From Cirrosporium novae-zelandiae (Eukaryota), in NCBI GenBank assembly GCA_026023565.1, contig JAPETS010000041.1, positions 1 to 64,000 of the forward strand: a DNA stretch of 64,000 nucleotides, in the 5' to 3' direction. Within the stretch, counting starts at the first letter, position 1, and each line of letters opens with the position of its first letter. Position numbers and translations under genes: made by a program. The notes under the pieces are model-generated. The model did not search any database. It was not told the origin of the DNA and saw only the letters and a program-made list of their open reading frames with translations. Below are positions 1 through 13,369 of the stretch, piece after piece.

Positions 1-351
1 GGGGGGGGGGGGGGGGGGGGGATTGTGGCAGTAGTGGCTTGACTGAGGGTCTGGTTGAGGGTTTTTGGTTGAGGGTTTTTGGTTGAGTGGGGGGTTGGGG
101 TGTGTGTGGAGGGTGTGAAGAAAAATGTACTATATAGAGAGTAGAGTAGAGTAGAGCATTTGGATAAATACATCCGCTGTTTTTTTTTATATTTTTCTCT
201 TATTTACCAATCCACTCTACTCTACCCTAACCCAACTCCAACCCGACCCAATTCAAACACATCCCCTACTTCGGTACAGTACATGCATCCCTCTTCCCCC
301 CCCTCCCTTCTCCCACCCAACCCACCCGACCAACGCAACGCAATCAACCCC

Positions 352-2563
352 CTACTCCCCTCTCACATCCCCCACACTCACATTCTTCTGACTCGTATGT
401 TCCAAAATCGTCCGAATCATTGCATTTCCCACGCGCGTTGCCTCGGGGAACTGAGGTGCGAAGTACGCCTGGACGCTTTCGAAGCGGTCGCGGTAGGCTT
501 CGAAGGAGCCGAAGCGCACGGTGTCGGACCAGCCCTGTGGTTTTTTTGTGAGTTTTTTTTTTGCTTTTGGGGGCAAGGAATGGGGATGGGATGAGAGTAG
601 AATGGGATGAGAATTGAATTGAATTGGGTGGAGGAATGAATGGATCAGAGGTGCGGTGAAATGGAGGGGAGGGTAGGTAAATGCTTACGCGAGCTGCAAA
701 TGTAAATTCTAAATCGTCGGAGCGGAAGCTGGTGTCTGAGATTGCGGTGTCGAGGGCTTCGGAGAGGAGGCGCGGGGTGCGGAAGAGGTATTCGGTGACG
801 CCGAGCCAGAGGCGGAAGAGCTGTGTGGGTGGGTGGGTTGGTTAGATATGTGTGGTTGGGTATGTGGATTAAATTGGATGAAATGGGTGGTGGAAATAGT
901 TTATTTGCTTACCGGTGTAGAACAAATCATATGGTCGAACGGTATAATGCCCAATTGACTCCAGCAGTCTACAATCCCCAATAAACTAAGATGGTTATTC
1001 CGTACGCGTCCCTCCGTCGGGGGGATCTTTCCCAGACTGAATTGATCCAGAAGGTCATCTTTCAGTAGCATTTCCTCGCCCTCACGGCCCTTGAACACCA
1101 TGTCCCCAGCAGCTCTAACCCGCCGTTCAAGCTCCGTCTTATTCCCCTCAAGCATAAGCTTGAAAAGCTCCGTCACCGACTGCGCGTACTGCTGGATCTG
1201 CTCCTTGGCAGCGGGATTGAGGATCGCCAGCCCGGCATACACGTGCCATTTGTTCGAGTAAATGCGCATCATGACGTTTATTTTTACGTTTTCAATGCCA
1301 CCCACATATCGGGGGATTTGCCAGGGGAATTGATTGTTGGCGCGCCAGGCACAGCCCATGGAGAGGAAAGCTGCATGCGTGACGGCTTGGGTGTCGGCTG
1401 TTATGCGGTCGTGCTGCTTGGAGGTGAGGTGTACCGGGGTGGAGTGGAGGGGGGACAGTATGCGGGTTACAAGGTTGAAGGATTTGTCTGAGGCGCGCTC
1501 TTTGATGAGGACCTGGGTGGTGAGTTAGTTGAGTGGGATGGCGGGATAACAAGAGGAGATAGGAAGAGGAGATTGGAGTACCAGAGGTTGCCCTCGTGGG
1601 TCGACTTTGGGACCGTGGAGGGAGTGGCAAGAGACGATTTCGACATCGGAAGGGAGGTGGGCTGCAAAGGCACGCATTTCTGGGTCCTTGCAAGAGGTTT
1701 GACCGCCTACGATGGCGCCAACTTTGGTCGCTGGATGGAATAATACATGGTTAATATATGGAAGAAAAGCTACGGGATATACACAAAAGGAAATAGAAGC
1801 AATGTAAGAGGATGGAAGCATACACGGCCCATATTCAGCTACAACTTGGTCCATCAATCCGGCTTCTACGCTGTAGATGATATAGTCGCTTGATCGAGAA
1901 ACAAGATGACCGTTGGGGAAGATAGTGATGTTGGACTTTTGTATGTAAAAGTAAACCATTTAGTATTTTTCTAGTATTCAAACTTGGACTATATAAAGAT
2001 AACGCTATATATGAGCTCACCTTATCCCCAAACTCTTCTTTCAGAGCTTCGTACTTGGAAGGGATGTCGCATGCATGGATTCTATCAGATGATAAGCGTC
2101 AGTACGAATGGCGGATTGGTAATATGTTCTCAAGCATTGGGAATAATAAATCTAAGGTCTGAGTGAGTTAGCCTCCAGTCACAATTGCAAACGATAGAAA
2201 TAGTAATTGTTGGGGTTCATGATATTTCAGACAAAAATAAATTAGGTAGCTGAGATGTTACATCAGTGACAGCCCGTTCGCGTTGACAAGGAGCCAGAAA
2301 GGATTCTAGTCTTGCAACCAGACCATACTCGAGCCAAATGCACTCAAGTCATCATATCAAGAGTTGTGCAATTTGCAACGATAGATAAAGAAGTAACTTA
2401 CCATGAGGGAATCAATCAAGGGTTGATAACAACTTGAATCAAAAAAAAATTACCTCCAACCAGCTTCACTCAACCTCCAGGCATACATCTTGCCCATATC
2501 ACCCATTCCTATTATGCCAACGACGGCATCGTTCATATTTTCTGTGTTTGTTGCTGCCATCAT
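352..2563 (-). CDS. TYR1: Prephenate dehydrogenase (NADP+), spliced, about 7 exons
   Basis: Manual splicing gives MMAATNTENMNDAVVGIIGMGDMGKMYA (Rossmann motif) ... GAIVGGQTSCK ... SCHSLHGP ... HDRITADTQAVTHAAFLSMG ... RYVGGIENVKIN ... HMICSTP/LFRLWLGVTEYLF ... DDLEFTFAAR/GWSDTV. GT-AG introns restore frame at every junction. Confidence 0.95.
2220..2360 (-). ncRNA. snR13: Box C/D snoRNA, snR13-like (guide for LSU rRNA Am2280/Am2281, yeast numbering), inside TYR1 intron 1
   Basis: Minus strand reads ATGATGA (C box, 2355-2349) CTTGAGTGCATTTGGCTCGAGT ... CTCAGCTACCT ... CTGA (D box, 2230-2227) with a short terminal stem. GCATTTGGCT is antisense to LSU AGCCAAAUGC and GCTACCT to the adjacent AGGUAGC. 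The 5' segment matches my recollection of yeast snR13 (ATGATGA...GAGTGCATTTGGCTCGAGT). Confidence 0.88.
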
Positions 2564-2635
2564 TGTAGACTGAAGTGTTCCTTAGATAAATCAAGCCCAA
2601 GTGGAGAAAGTAGAAGTTTTCAAGTCCTGGTGGAA

Positions 2636-2644
2636 GTGAGTCAT
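2636..2644. promoter_or_regulatory. Gcn4/CpcA cross-pathway control element (TGASTCA) upstream of TYR1
   Basis: GTGAGTCAT (ATGACTCAC on minus strand) about 75 nt upstream of the ATG of an amino-acid biosynthesis gene. Confidence 0.55.
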
Positions 2645-2999
2645 GGGAAGAAACCGAACATAAATAGTCCTGAATGGAGCCAGGATGCTGTGTTCCACGA
2701 CATCGGTATTAATCAACTCATCTTCTTCCAAAGCACCGATTAGGCCCTCGAAGCTGAGCTGACTGTACTTAACCAAGTAAAAGTTGAGAAATTTGGTGTT
2801 GCGAAAGAAGAGAAAAAAAAATCCAGTCGGCGTTTTGAAGTTCTTTAGATTGAACTAGATCATATTTGCTCTAGCGCTTTATAACTTTAAGCGAAGCCCC
2901 CTCCCACTTTGAATATTGTAAATCTGAGTGATCTAGTTCAACTCGCCAGTCTCAGCGTCAACTTCCAGAAAATTATACCAATCGACAACTGTAGCTAAG

Positions 3000-3851
<852 letters not shown>

Positions 3852-4100
3852 GCGCCATGGCTCGAGAAATGGAAATGGATATGGAAATGCCTGGTGGATA
3901 TTATGGCAATGGATATGGCGGGAAAATAAACGCGAAGAACGGCCTGTTGCGCCTGGTCTTCATTATTGCATGCAAAATATGAAGCTCTATTACGAGTAGA
4001 ACCCGCCCAGATGTGCCCAAAGTTCATGAATTTTATTAGACGTATGAAATGTGGAATTAAAGCTCGTTTCGTAAAGTATTTTTGTTATGGGAGTGCCTTG

Positions 4101-5303
4101 TTAAAACCCCGGTATCATTTTTGCTTGGGAATCATCAAGCTCCACCACCATTGGGGCATATTCTCCTGTTTCCTCATCTTCTTCAAAGTCATTGGTTTCC
4201 ATCTCAACCATCTCTCCATCTTCCAGCTCCAGCAATCCTTTTCTAACGTAGGAGCTGCTCAACTCCCATTTATATTGTGATTTCAGAAAGTCTTCCAATT
4301 CATCAAACTGCTCCTTCACAGGAAAGACGATGGCTTCACTGGACTCGTCCAGCGTCTTCTTCAGAGTCATCAGTAGCTTCTTCAATACTCCAGCCCCTTC
4401 ATCACTAAGATCAAAAAGGCCCCCTTCGACGTCATCGGAATGCTGGAGTTGCAACTGTAATATTCTGAGGAATTTAGTGAAGAATATAGGGTTCGTATGG
4501 ACAGCTTCCACACAAGTACAGAGAAGTTCAAGGATTCTTTTCCATTGCTCTAAACAGGAATAATTGGCAACTACGAGCATCATCAGAAAGCAGAACTGAA
4601 ATTCGCCGAGTATTTCGTATTGGTTGTCATCGTGGCAGTAGTTGTTGATGATATCCCCCAAAGCCCATGAGCGGTCTTTGGCGGCATTGGTCCTTTCTCT
4701 TCCAACAGCACCGTCTCGCCAGGTTTGCTTTAGGTCGAGGGGAAGGAAATGCAACTCTTTCTCTTCCTCGAGGGCGGATTCGGCCGAGGTCAGACCAGGT
4801 ATGTGATCTTGATCCCGTTTGGCAGAACTTGCAGAATCGATCGTCCAGTCATTGGCCGTGCCCCCTGTAATTCGGCAGAGTAAGGCAGCAGTGAGGTGTT
4901 CAGTCAAATCTTGCCAATCCTGGCGGTCCTCAGTCTCAAATTCCGAGCCCTTGGTAGCAGATTGACGATAAGGCGCAAGGCCATCTTTCCAGATTGCAGA
5001 TAAATTGGCCCGCCAACTCAGGGCCTCTGCTGCGTCGGCAGATTCCAACTCTTCTGCGGATGCGTTCCATTTCTTCACAATAATATTATCATAGACGGGG
5101 TGAGATTCATCAATGTAAAACCAAACTCCGTGGCGGAGGGAAAGAGAGTTAGTTGTTGCACAAAATAAAAAGTGCCAACCAGGCGGTAAATCCTTGATGC
5201 CTTGAAAACGTAATGAAGTAGTAAAAGACAAGAGGTCAATGCCACATAATGCTTGCCGGGGGAGATTTGCAACAATCAACGTGGGCGTTATTGTGGCGTC
5301 CAT
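4101..5303 (-). CDS. AAR2: U5 snRNP assembly factor AAR2
   Basis: 400-aa ORF with GIDLLSF..RFQGIKDLPPGWHF, ILGEFQFCFL, NYSCLEQWKRIL and C-terminal EETGEYAPMVV, typical of fungal AAR2. Confidence 0.9.
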   Translation of the reverse strand: MDATITPTLIVANLPRQALCGIDLLSFTTSLRFQGIKDLPPGWHFLFCATTNSLSLRHGVWFYIDESHPVYDNIIVKKWNASAEELESADAAEALSWRANLSAIWKDGLAPYRQSATKGSEFETEDRQDWQDLTEHLTAALLCRITGGTANDWTIDSASSAKRDQDHIPGLTSAESALEEEKELHFLPLDLKQTWRDGAVGRERTNAAKDRSWALGDIINNYCHDDNQYEILGEFQFCFLMMLVVANYSCLEQWKRILELLCTCVEAVHTNPIFFTKFLRILQLQLQHSDDVEGGLFDLSDEGAGVLKKLLMTLKKTLDESSEAIVFPVKEQFDELEDFLKSQYKWELSSSYVRKGLLELEDGEMVEMETNDFEEDEETGEYAPMVVELDDSQAKMIPGF

Positions 5304-5534
5304 GGTGGAGGGGACAACTGCAGATGCTGGGTACTAACAGGAGATCTCTCAACAATAAAATTCAATGTCATCCAATGGTTGAAGCAGATGTTATATTCCG
5401 ATGTCTGTTTGCAGCAGTTTCAAAGATCAATCTATGATTCGTGTTACAAGTACCATCAGATTTTTAGGGTTCTTATCATGATTCACTTCCGTCTTTTTTT
5501 CGATATTCATCATGGCGAAACGCAGGGGAATGTC

Positions 5535-5653
5535 GGTGGGTGTGAGGGTGTGGGTGAGGGTGTGGGTGTGGGTGTTTAGGGGAGGGCTACAAGCATTACA
5601 GGTATTACAACAATGACAACAACAGTAGCAACAGCAGCGACAACAACGACAAG
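5535..5653. repeat. Simple repeats: (GGGTGT/GGGTGA)n tract and imperfect (CAA/CAG)n tract
   Basis: gggtgtgagggtgtgggtgagggtgtgggtgtgggtgt at about 5538-5575 and acaacaatgacaacaacagtagcaacagcagcgacaacaacgac at about 5607-5650. Confidence 0.8.
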
Positions 5654-6357
5654 ACCCCTTTCTTCGGAGACGGTCGCTTGCCTGTTTTAATGCTTGTTTT
5701 ACTTAGAGGGGGGGTTATTGGTACTGGGGGAGCTGATCGGAGGGAATTGGAAGAGTCATTGGCATGAATTTCGCATGTGCTTTGATGTTGCTTTGCTGTG
5801 GTGTCAAGGTTGCCCAGAAAAGCCAAGAGGAGCTTCATAGTTATTTATCCACTTTACGGCCCTCGATCAAGAACTGACTATGTATTTGGTGCCTAATAAG
5901 CATTCAGCTCTTCTTGTCCTTCTGCTCTCTATAAACTCTCATAATGTCCCTCTCTATCCTTCTTGATGAGTTTCAAGCACCTTTGCGGGGGTTGAAAGGT
6001 AAGAAGCTCGTCTTTCCCTTTTCTATCACCGACTTTATCACTATTAAAGTACCCCAGTCTCTCCTTCTCTCTCTTTTCTAAGGAACAAGCCCTACTTAAC
6101 AACAACCCCTGTCATAGAACTATTCGAAAAGAAGAAGAAAAAGAAACAGAAAAAGAAAAAAGAAAAATATCAAGTTCATGATACGAAAGTACACTCTAGT
6201 GATAGTTATTCCAGCTTTAGGGGAGATCCACCACCGAACTACTCGTTAACGCTCCGCAATAATTCAATTCCAAGGTTACATAGGGTAATCCGCACTACTT
6301 GAACGACCACTGGCTGCATCTTAATAATATTCCTCTTATCGCATTGGCCTATCTCCG

Positions 6358-8106
6358 ATGCCTTCGTCCACCCCTTCACCCACTTCCCCGGTCCTTTCCC
6401 CTCTGACCCAACCCGCCCAACTTTCGAAGGATTCTTCTAGTACCGAGACTGGACACCCACAATCCATTGACGCCCCATCGCCTACCGCTGACTCTGATAC
6501 CTTCGGTAAATTATCCAAAGGAAAACAATCAATCGTTCAGCATTTGCAGCATGCGCGACGGCCCTCGAGCATCCAATTCTCTCTGGCAGATTCAGAAAAA
6601 ACACTACGGAACGGAAGTACCAGAAGTCTGCCTTCTATAAACAATAGGAGTTCAAGGCGCATATCCTCTCCTCCCCCACCGACGTAAGGCTTAACTTTTA
6701 CTGTCCTGGTTATCATGACTGTCATATTGGAAGATGAACATTCAAGACCCTCTACGTGTGTCACTACATATAACGCCATATTTTTCGCTACATCTTACTC
6801 AGGCTAACATTTGGTGGCCCTTAGTCCCTACCACGCGCGTGTGTCCTTTGACACATTTAATAATCGCGATACCCCCGACTGGTCCTTTACTCTAAACTAT
6901 ACCCACAAAGACTATGTTCCAACCCGACGCAGCCGAACCTGGCTATGCGGGAATGATAAAAACGACTACTCGGAATTTGCGCTCGAGTGGCTGATCGATG
7001 AACTTGTCGACGATGGCGACCAAATTGTTTGTTTGCGAGTGGTAGAAAAAGATTCTAAAATTGCGACCATCGAGAATGCCAGTAGCGACAAAGCACGATA
7101 TCGTCGCGAGGCAAAGGACTTGTTGGATTTAGTCATTGAAAAGAATGCAGAAGAAGAGAAGGCCATTTCCATAGCGATGGAACTGGCTGTTGGGAAAATC
7201 CAGAGTGTTATCACACGGATGGTGCGTCTCGTCATTTACTATATCCGCACACTTCCTAACTAGTTGGCCCAACAGATAGAAATCTACGAACCCTCGGCCC
7301 TCATCGTCGGCACCCGCGGTCGCAACCTTGGCGGTCTCCAAGGCCTTCTCCCTGGTTCGGTCTCAAAATGGTGCTTGCAATCATCACCAATCCCCGTCAT
7401 CGTCGTGCGCCCTACCTCGAGCCGTGAAAAGAAGAAGCAGAAGCGTGCAAAAGACCCGTCTCGAAAGGTCTACCAGGCTATTGTCAAAGAAAGCGTTGGA
7501 TCTTCAGGCCAATTATTGGATAAAGGCAACCTGAATCAAATGGTTGGGGCCGCGAGTCCGGCGTTGGATGACGAAGCTGCTGCTGTGGCTGCAGAAATTG
7601 GATTGCCAATGCAATACCGGGAGTCTGATCAATATAATGGTGGTTTCGATGCTGCAAAAATTGGAAGCAAGCTCACAAAAGTTCGATCGGGGGTTAGCGA
7701 GGCTACATCTACTGGAGACAGTCCTAGTCCCGATGGCCCATTAGTAGACCCGTTTGAGGCTTCTATAGCTGCGGGAGCGAAAACGCCGGATCTTGAACCG
7801 TTGGGAAGCCCTATTGGAAGTGAGGCTGGAGACGACTATATCGGAGATGGAGTATTACAAGAAGGAAAGGTTATGATTGATACCCAGCCCGGTCAGGCTC
7901 CTGGGGAAGCAGTACCTAACTCCGACGAGGAAGTAGAGGTAGAGAAAACGGAGGTCGACAAAGAAACTATTCAATCGGCAGAACCCAAGGAAGAAGATGC
8001 ATCGAAGGAAGAACCGAAACCGGGGATGATTGAACCGGAGACGAAAGTAGAAGAGCCCAAAGAAGGAGAACCTGAAGGAGAGAAAGAAGTAGTAGAACCG
8101 AAGTAA
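6358..8106 (+). CDS. Universal stress protein (Usp) domain protein, 3 exons
   Basis: RVSFDTF..FTLNYTHKDY..RRSRTWLCGNDKNDYSEFALEWLIDELVDDGDQIVCLRVV ... ALIVGTRGRNLGGLQGLLPGSVSKWCLQSSPIPVIVVRP; introns about 6684-6824 and 7222-7275; acidic C-terminal tail. Confidence 0.88.
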
Positions 8107-8838
8107 CGAATATACCAAAGAGAATGAGTATCTGATATATTTTACATCCTTCCACCTTCAGTCATTTATGGATTACAGTGGGCGTTCTGAAGGGGGACTG
8201 TGGACCATGAGTTTTACAAGAATGGAGTGGGGGAAGGGAACTTTTTTTTCACTATCAAGATTTCTAGGCTAGTGGTGAGTGCTATAGCTATCCATTAGTT
8301 CATCGACTTGGGCTTGTATGTATGCATGTATGTACTGGCGTAATTGGTTTCTTCCTTTTTACGTTCTATAGGGAAGATATGAGAAACAGGAATTGATAAG
8401 TAAAAGGGAATATACAAATAAATGAAATATTATTGGATGAAAATGTTTTTTCTCTCTTCCTTTTCTGATTCTGATACATCATCATCCTATCATACATAGT
8501 ACGTAAAATGGCACGAATGGTGTTGGTGTTGGTGGAGTCATGGAGTTGTGGAGTGATAGTGCTAAAGGCTAAGCTTTCCAGGGACGAGGAATGTGGCTTG
8601 GCATTAGGGCGACCCGTCTCAGTAGCGTCAGTAGTTCCACCGTGACGGAGATGAACCAGCCAAACCAGCCATTACGAAGCTTTGTTTTGAAGTCACTCAG
8701 GCACTCTTCATGCCTTCTTCATACCTTCCACTTTAATGTCAATTTCCGTTTCAATGGTGTACAACAATTATAGACAAAACTATTCAAACTTCTTTTTTCA
8801 TCCTCAGTCATACTTGGATACCAACTCCGCTTTAGATT

Positions 8839-10449
8839 ATGCTTTCTGCCGATGATGATTGCAATGATTGCATACCAAAGTACTTACAACCGAGGCAATC
8901 ATCAATGCAAAGTTCGACGGGTGTTATAATATCATCCCTCCCGTTCGCCCTCACCTTCCTCGTTGTCGCTACCATCCTCCTTCATAATGGATTTCCCCTG
9001 ATCGCTCGAAGTCAAAACAGCAAAAGCCCTTTCACGGAGTTGACATGGGGACGTGGTAGATCCACTAGAGATCACATCAAAGCCACCCTTACGTTCAAGA
9101 ACCTTGTTGCTATTACCTTCGCCGTGACATGTGGTCTGGGTGTTGTGTTGGCGGAACTGATATGGTTCGAAATTATTGATTATGTTGATCCAGATGCAAG
9201 AAAAGCAGCTCTCAGAGTCACAGTTGATAGTCTGCTGGCCCTCCTTATCGTTGTGATACCCCTCCTTGAAATACACTCGATCCTATTTCCAAGAGGGTAT
9301 GAGGCAATCAGCGGGAGAAAACGACTCAAGATGCGAGGAACATTGGAAGCTGCAGCATTTCTATCATGGTTAGGCTGTTTTTGGTATCTTGGTCGTGCTT
9401 TGCCAGGTATCCATAAGCACGCTGAATCCACCTACAACAATACTATTGAAGCTTGCTTGGAAAGGGTTGGGATCATTGGAATTTCGACAATGGCTCTCCT
9501 GTCAGGTTTTGCTTCTGTCAGTTCTCTTTGGCAAGCTTTTGGAGTACGTCCCAGGCAGGTCTCTGAAGCAGACATTGCTCGAAAACAAGCTGGTCTTGAA
9601 GCTACAGTCTCTATGCTCTCCGCAAAACGTGCCCGCTTTGTCCAAATTACTCGAAAGCTCTCTGAAGGCCACCCTGAAACCATCTGGCAAAAAGCCATTG
9701 GAACCATTAGGGGCAATGCCGATGTTCAAGAACGTGACTCCCTCGCCATGGAAATATCTGGTTTGGAAACCATGTCCATGTCACTCCAGAGTTCTCTCAC
9801 CGTTATCCAAGACCGCTATCAATCTCAGCTTCGCGCCTCTACCAAAATTGGACGCATTTTCACCGGATGGACCTATACTTTCTCTATTTACTGTGCTTAT
9901 CGGATTATCGCAACCTCGATTACCTCATTCCGTCGATGGTGGTATCCATCTGCTTCCTTCTCCGGCACAGATCCCATAACTCATATACTCGCTCTTATTG
10001 CCAAACATTTTGATCCGGACCTTGACCGTCTTGCCTGGTCCCGTCAAATTTCTTTCCTCTTCTCTGGCCTTATTCTCGCTGGGTCTTTCTCCGCTGTCCT
10101 CCAAACATTCCATTGGCTCACACGCTATACCCCCTACATCCTCCGCACTGCTACAAACAATATGGCTCTTCTGATAGCCCAAATCTGTGGTATGTATGTT
10201 ATCAGTTCGACTATTACGCTACGGAGTGTCATGCCAAAAGAGGTGGGAAGTGTGATTAATGAAGCCTTGGGGACTGGTTATATTGAAGCGGCTTGGGTGG
10301 ATAGGTGGTTTGAGGGCTGGTTTCTGGGGGCTACTGTCGTAACGGCAATGGGGATCTGGATAGGAAGGAAGGTGGGGAGTATAGGGTGTGAGTTTGGAGC
10401 AGACGAAGAAGGATGGGATGGAGATGTGGAGATGGGGAAGAGAAGTTGA
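8839..10449 (+). CDS. GPR89/Golgi pH regulator (ABA-GPCR/GTG family) membrane protein
   Basis: Intronless 536 aa multi-TM protein with CLERVGIIGISTMALLSGFASVS, TDPITHILALIA, WSRQISFLFSG and AQICGMYVISS. Confidence 0.85.
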   Translation: MLSADDDCNDCIPKYLQPRQSSMQSSTGVIISSLPFALTFLVVATILLHNGFPLIARSQNSKSPFTELTWGRGRSTRDHIKATLTFKNLVAITFAVTCGLGVVLAELIWFEIIDYVDPDARKAALRVTVDSLLALLIVVIPLLEIHSILFPRGYEAISGRKRLKMRGTLEAAAFLSWLGCFWYLGRALPGIHKHAESTYNNTIEACLERVGIIGISTMALLSGFASVSSLWQAFGVRPRQVSEADIARKQAGLEATVSMLSAKRARFVQITRKLSEGHPETIWQKAIGTIRGNADVQERDSLAMEISGLETMSMSLQSSLTVIQDRYQSQLRASTKIGRIFTGWTYTFSIYCAYRIIATSITSFRRWWYPSASFSGTDPITHILALIAKHFDPDLDRLAWSRQISFLFSGLILAGSFSAVLQTFHWLTRYTPYILRTATNNMALLIAQICGMYVISSTITLRSVMPKEVGSVINEALGTGYIEAAWVDRWFEGWFLGATVVTAMGIWIGRKVGSIGCEFGADEEGWDGDVEMGKRS

Positions 10450-11107
10450 GCAGTTGGCAGTGGCACTTGATGGTTGTATGATTCATGCGCGTGTACGATT
10501 GCCTAGACTTAGCTGGCGTTTTTGGAAAACGGAGGAATTGGGGGGAATAGGAAGGGCTAGAATAACGAGGGAAATATCTTGTATGGGTACTATTCTTGTT
10601 GAGGCGCTTATGATGTTTTAAGAAGTTCAATATGACTTTGATAGTCTATTTAATCAAATATCGGTTATACGTGCTAGATAAGGATAAATTCATTTCGTTT
10701 ATTTACGGTGTACTGTAGATATCACGAACGACTGATATCATATTCAATGCAAACAAAGCAAACTCCGATAATATCCCGTCCTGCCCTGGTCCTGACTTGT
10801 ATTAAAGTATCAACGTTAATCAATAACAAACAACCTCGTTTATAGTAACGCTCACTTCTGCAGGAAATGATCCGACCGTTGTCAAAATCAAAACATGAGG
10901 ATGACGGCTTGGGAAGAACCGCTTAAACCCTTTCAGCCTACTCTTCTTCAAGTGAACACTTGGGAAACAACTACCGCCTTCTCCCCTTCCTAATTTACCC
11001 CGCAAATCTCACTTTCAACAAAAATATAAATATATTGATTTTCACATAATCTTACACGTTACACCGCAGTCCCACTACTCACTTGATCATCTTGACAGAT
11101 TCCTAAA

Positions 11108-12152
11108 ATGTTGTCAGACACTATGAGCGATAACAGTCTAGAGGCCAAGATCGTCATTCTTGGCTCTCAAGGCAGGTCTTTCTTTCCTTGCCCTCATTCT
11201 CCTCGGTATCTAATGCTCTATACCTATAGGCGTTGGGAAAACTTCCCTCCTCCACCGCTACGTCAAGAATACCTGGTCACCTTCAACTATACACTCCACA
11301 ATAGGTGCTTCTTTTCTAACCAAACGGGTCTTTGACAGCACATCCGACACAACCATTCGACTTCAGCTATGGGATACCGCAGGCCAAGAACGTTTCCGTA
11401 CTCTTCAACCACTTTACTATCGAGGAGCCCAAGCTGCTATTCTCGTTTATGATATCACATCCGAAAAGTCCTTTTTCGAGATGACTGGTTGGCTTCAGGA
11501 ACTGAAAAGAAATATGGAGAGTGATGTAATCTTACATGTGGTTGGTACCAAGAGTGATATGGTTGCTGCAGACCCAAGCCTACGTGCTGTACCATTCGAA
11601 AGATGTATTGCATATGTCGCAGAACACCTCTATCCTGCCCAAGCCTCTACACCCCCTGCCAGTGCATCAGGTACCCAATTTTCGACCTTGACTGCATCCT
11701 TCAACCCCCCGAAGCTTTTATTTGGACCATCCCCTCATGCCTCTAACACGACTATTTTATATTCACCGGATTCCAAACGCAGTTCTGGCTTCTGGGGTCA
11801 GGACGTAGGATGGGATAGCTGCCACGAGATCTCTGCAAAAGACGGCGAAGGCGTGGACGAGCTCTTCCGTGTTCTCGCCCGTAAACTAGTTGAGCAGCAG
11901 AAAAATAAGAACAAGCTCTTGGCCATAGAGAGGGAAGCCGTGATGTCCCAAGCGGGGATGATGCCAATATCTGGAGGGGACGGAATAAGAGATGGTGGAT
12001 ATTCTGACGGACCAATCACAGATGGGAATCTGAGCTTTAGGGTTGGACACGGAGACAAGAGAAAGAGTTGGCTGGGTTTTCCATCATTACCTAGTGGGGG
12101 TGATGAGACGAGTGTGGAACCAGTGGTGAGAAGAAAGGGGGGTTGCTGCTAA
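11108..12152 (+). CDS. Rab-family small GTPase (Rab5/Rab24-like, atypical), one GC-AG intron
   Basis: GSQG/VGKTS, STIGASF, WDTAGQERF, YYRGA, G4 box GTKSD, EISAK and C-terminal GGCC prenylation motif; intron 11172-11229. Confidence 0.9.
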
Positions 12153-13369
12153 ATTTTAACCACCCCTCGAACCTATGTGTTTATACTGACAATGCTACGA
12201 TGTAATATTGTTTTCTGCAATATACCCCCACAGATTATACCCCTGGGATTTTGTTGAGCAGCAGTATCTGCCACACCTAAACCGGTCGATCATCTTTTAC
12301 GGCGTTTCATGATTCGGGAAATCAAGAAATCGTATCAAAATGGCCTGATGATATCCCTTGGGTGCGTAGTGTTACTTCTTTTCTAGCAAAGCAAGGACAT
12401 CAACAGTTTCTAGGCAAGTTTGAGCAAGGTGTTAGGTTCCGTGCCAGGTTTTTTTTTTCTTTCTATTTTATCTTGTTTCAAGTAGGGCTTTACTTGCCTT
12501 ATGTATGCATGGTGCTAGTGGACTTTTGTTAGTTCTTTTAAGATATAATGGTTTATTTTTTTAATTTTTTTTCCCATGGGATGGAATCTGGGCATAGGAC
12601 AGGCAGGATGGATGGATGGATGAATTGATACAAAGTACACAAAGCAAGGTGCCTCGGAAGGGCTGGCTCTAATTAGTCTAATTAGTTAACTTTGGTTTTA
12701 TTTTGTTAGATGTTTGTATTTCTATGAAAATTTTGATATTCGAACTTGAACTACCATGTACTTCAAAAAAAAACCAAAAAATATCTAGGTTAGTACTAAC
12801 TCACCCCGGCTACCTATAGATACCTAGGTAGATAGATAGAATTCACCCCTCAAAGCCAAAATGATTAGTATAGACATACTGTGGTATCGTTCTATTTTTA
12901 TTAGATTTCTAGTAAGCTTTATTCGTATACTTTTTTTTATCTAATCTAAACCAATCCGCGAAAAGAAAGGAAAAAATATCTACACAGCTATAACCCAATT
13001 ACTATAAAACCTCCGAGAGTAAAAAAAACCCTTTCCCGCTTCTATAGATACTCCTAAACTATCTTTAATACCTTCCAATCCTATTGTACTGTGCCTACGC
13101 ACCCACAAACCGGCATCCCACTATAAAGTTTCACCCTCCTGCATCGTTCTCTCGACCCATCACCAAACAGCTCCTCTACAACCCAGCTAAGAATTTCTTC
13201 AGCGTTGGGTGTTAAGGGCGCTAGTATCATCATCATTATTATTATCATCACCAATCACTACGAGACGCATTTTTGGAGAGAGAGAGGGTCCTGTGGGTGA
13301 GGAGGGACTGGATCAAGGATGTGCGGGGGAGATTAGGTGTGGAGGAGGGGTATAGTATCGTGGTGAGGG

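Noticed and set aside
1..110. Poly-G run and GGTTGAGGGTTTTT repeats at the window start, as a possible telomere
   Set aside because: No TTAGGG array; looks like low-complexity sequence or a contig-edge artefact.
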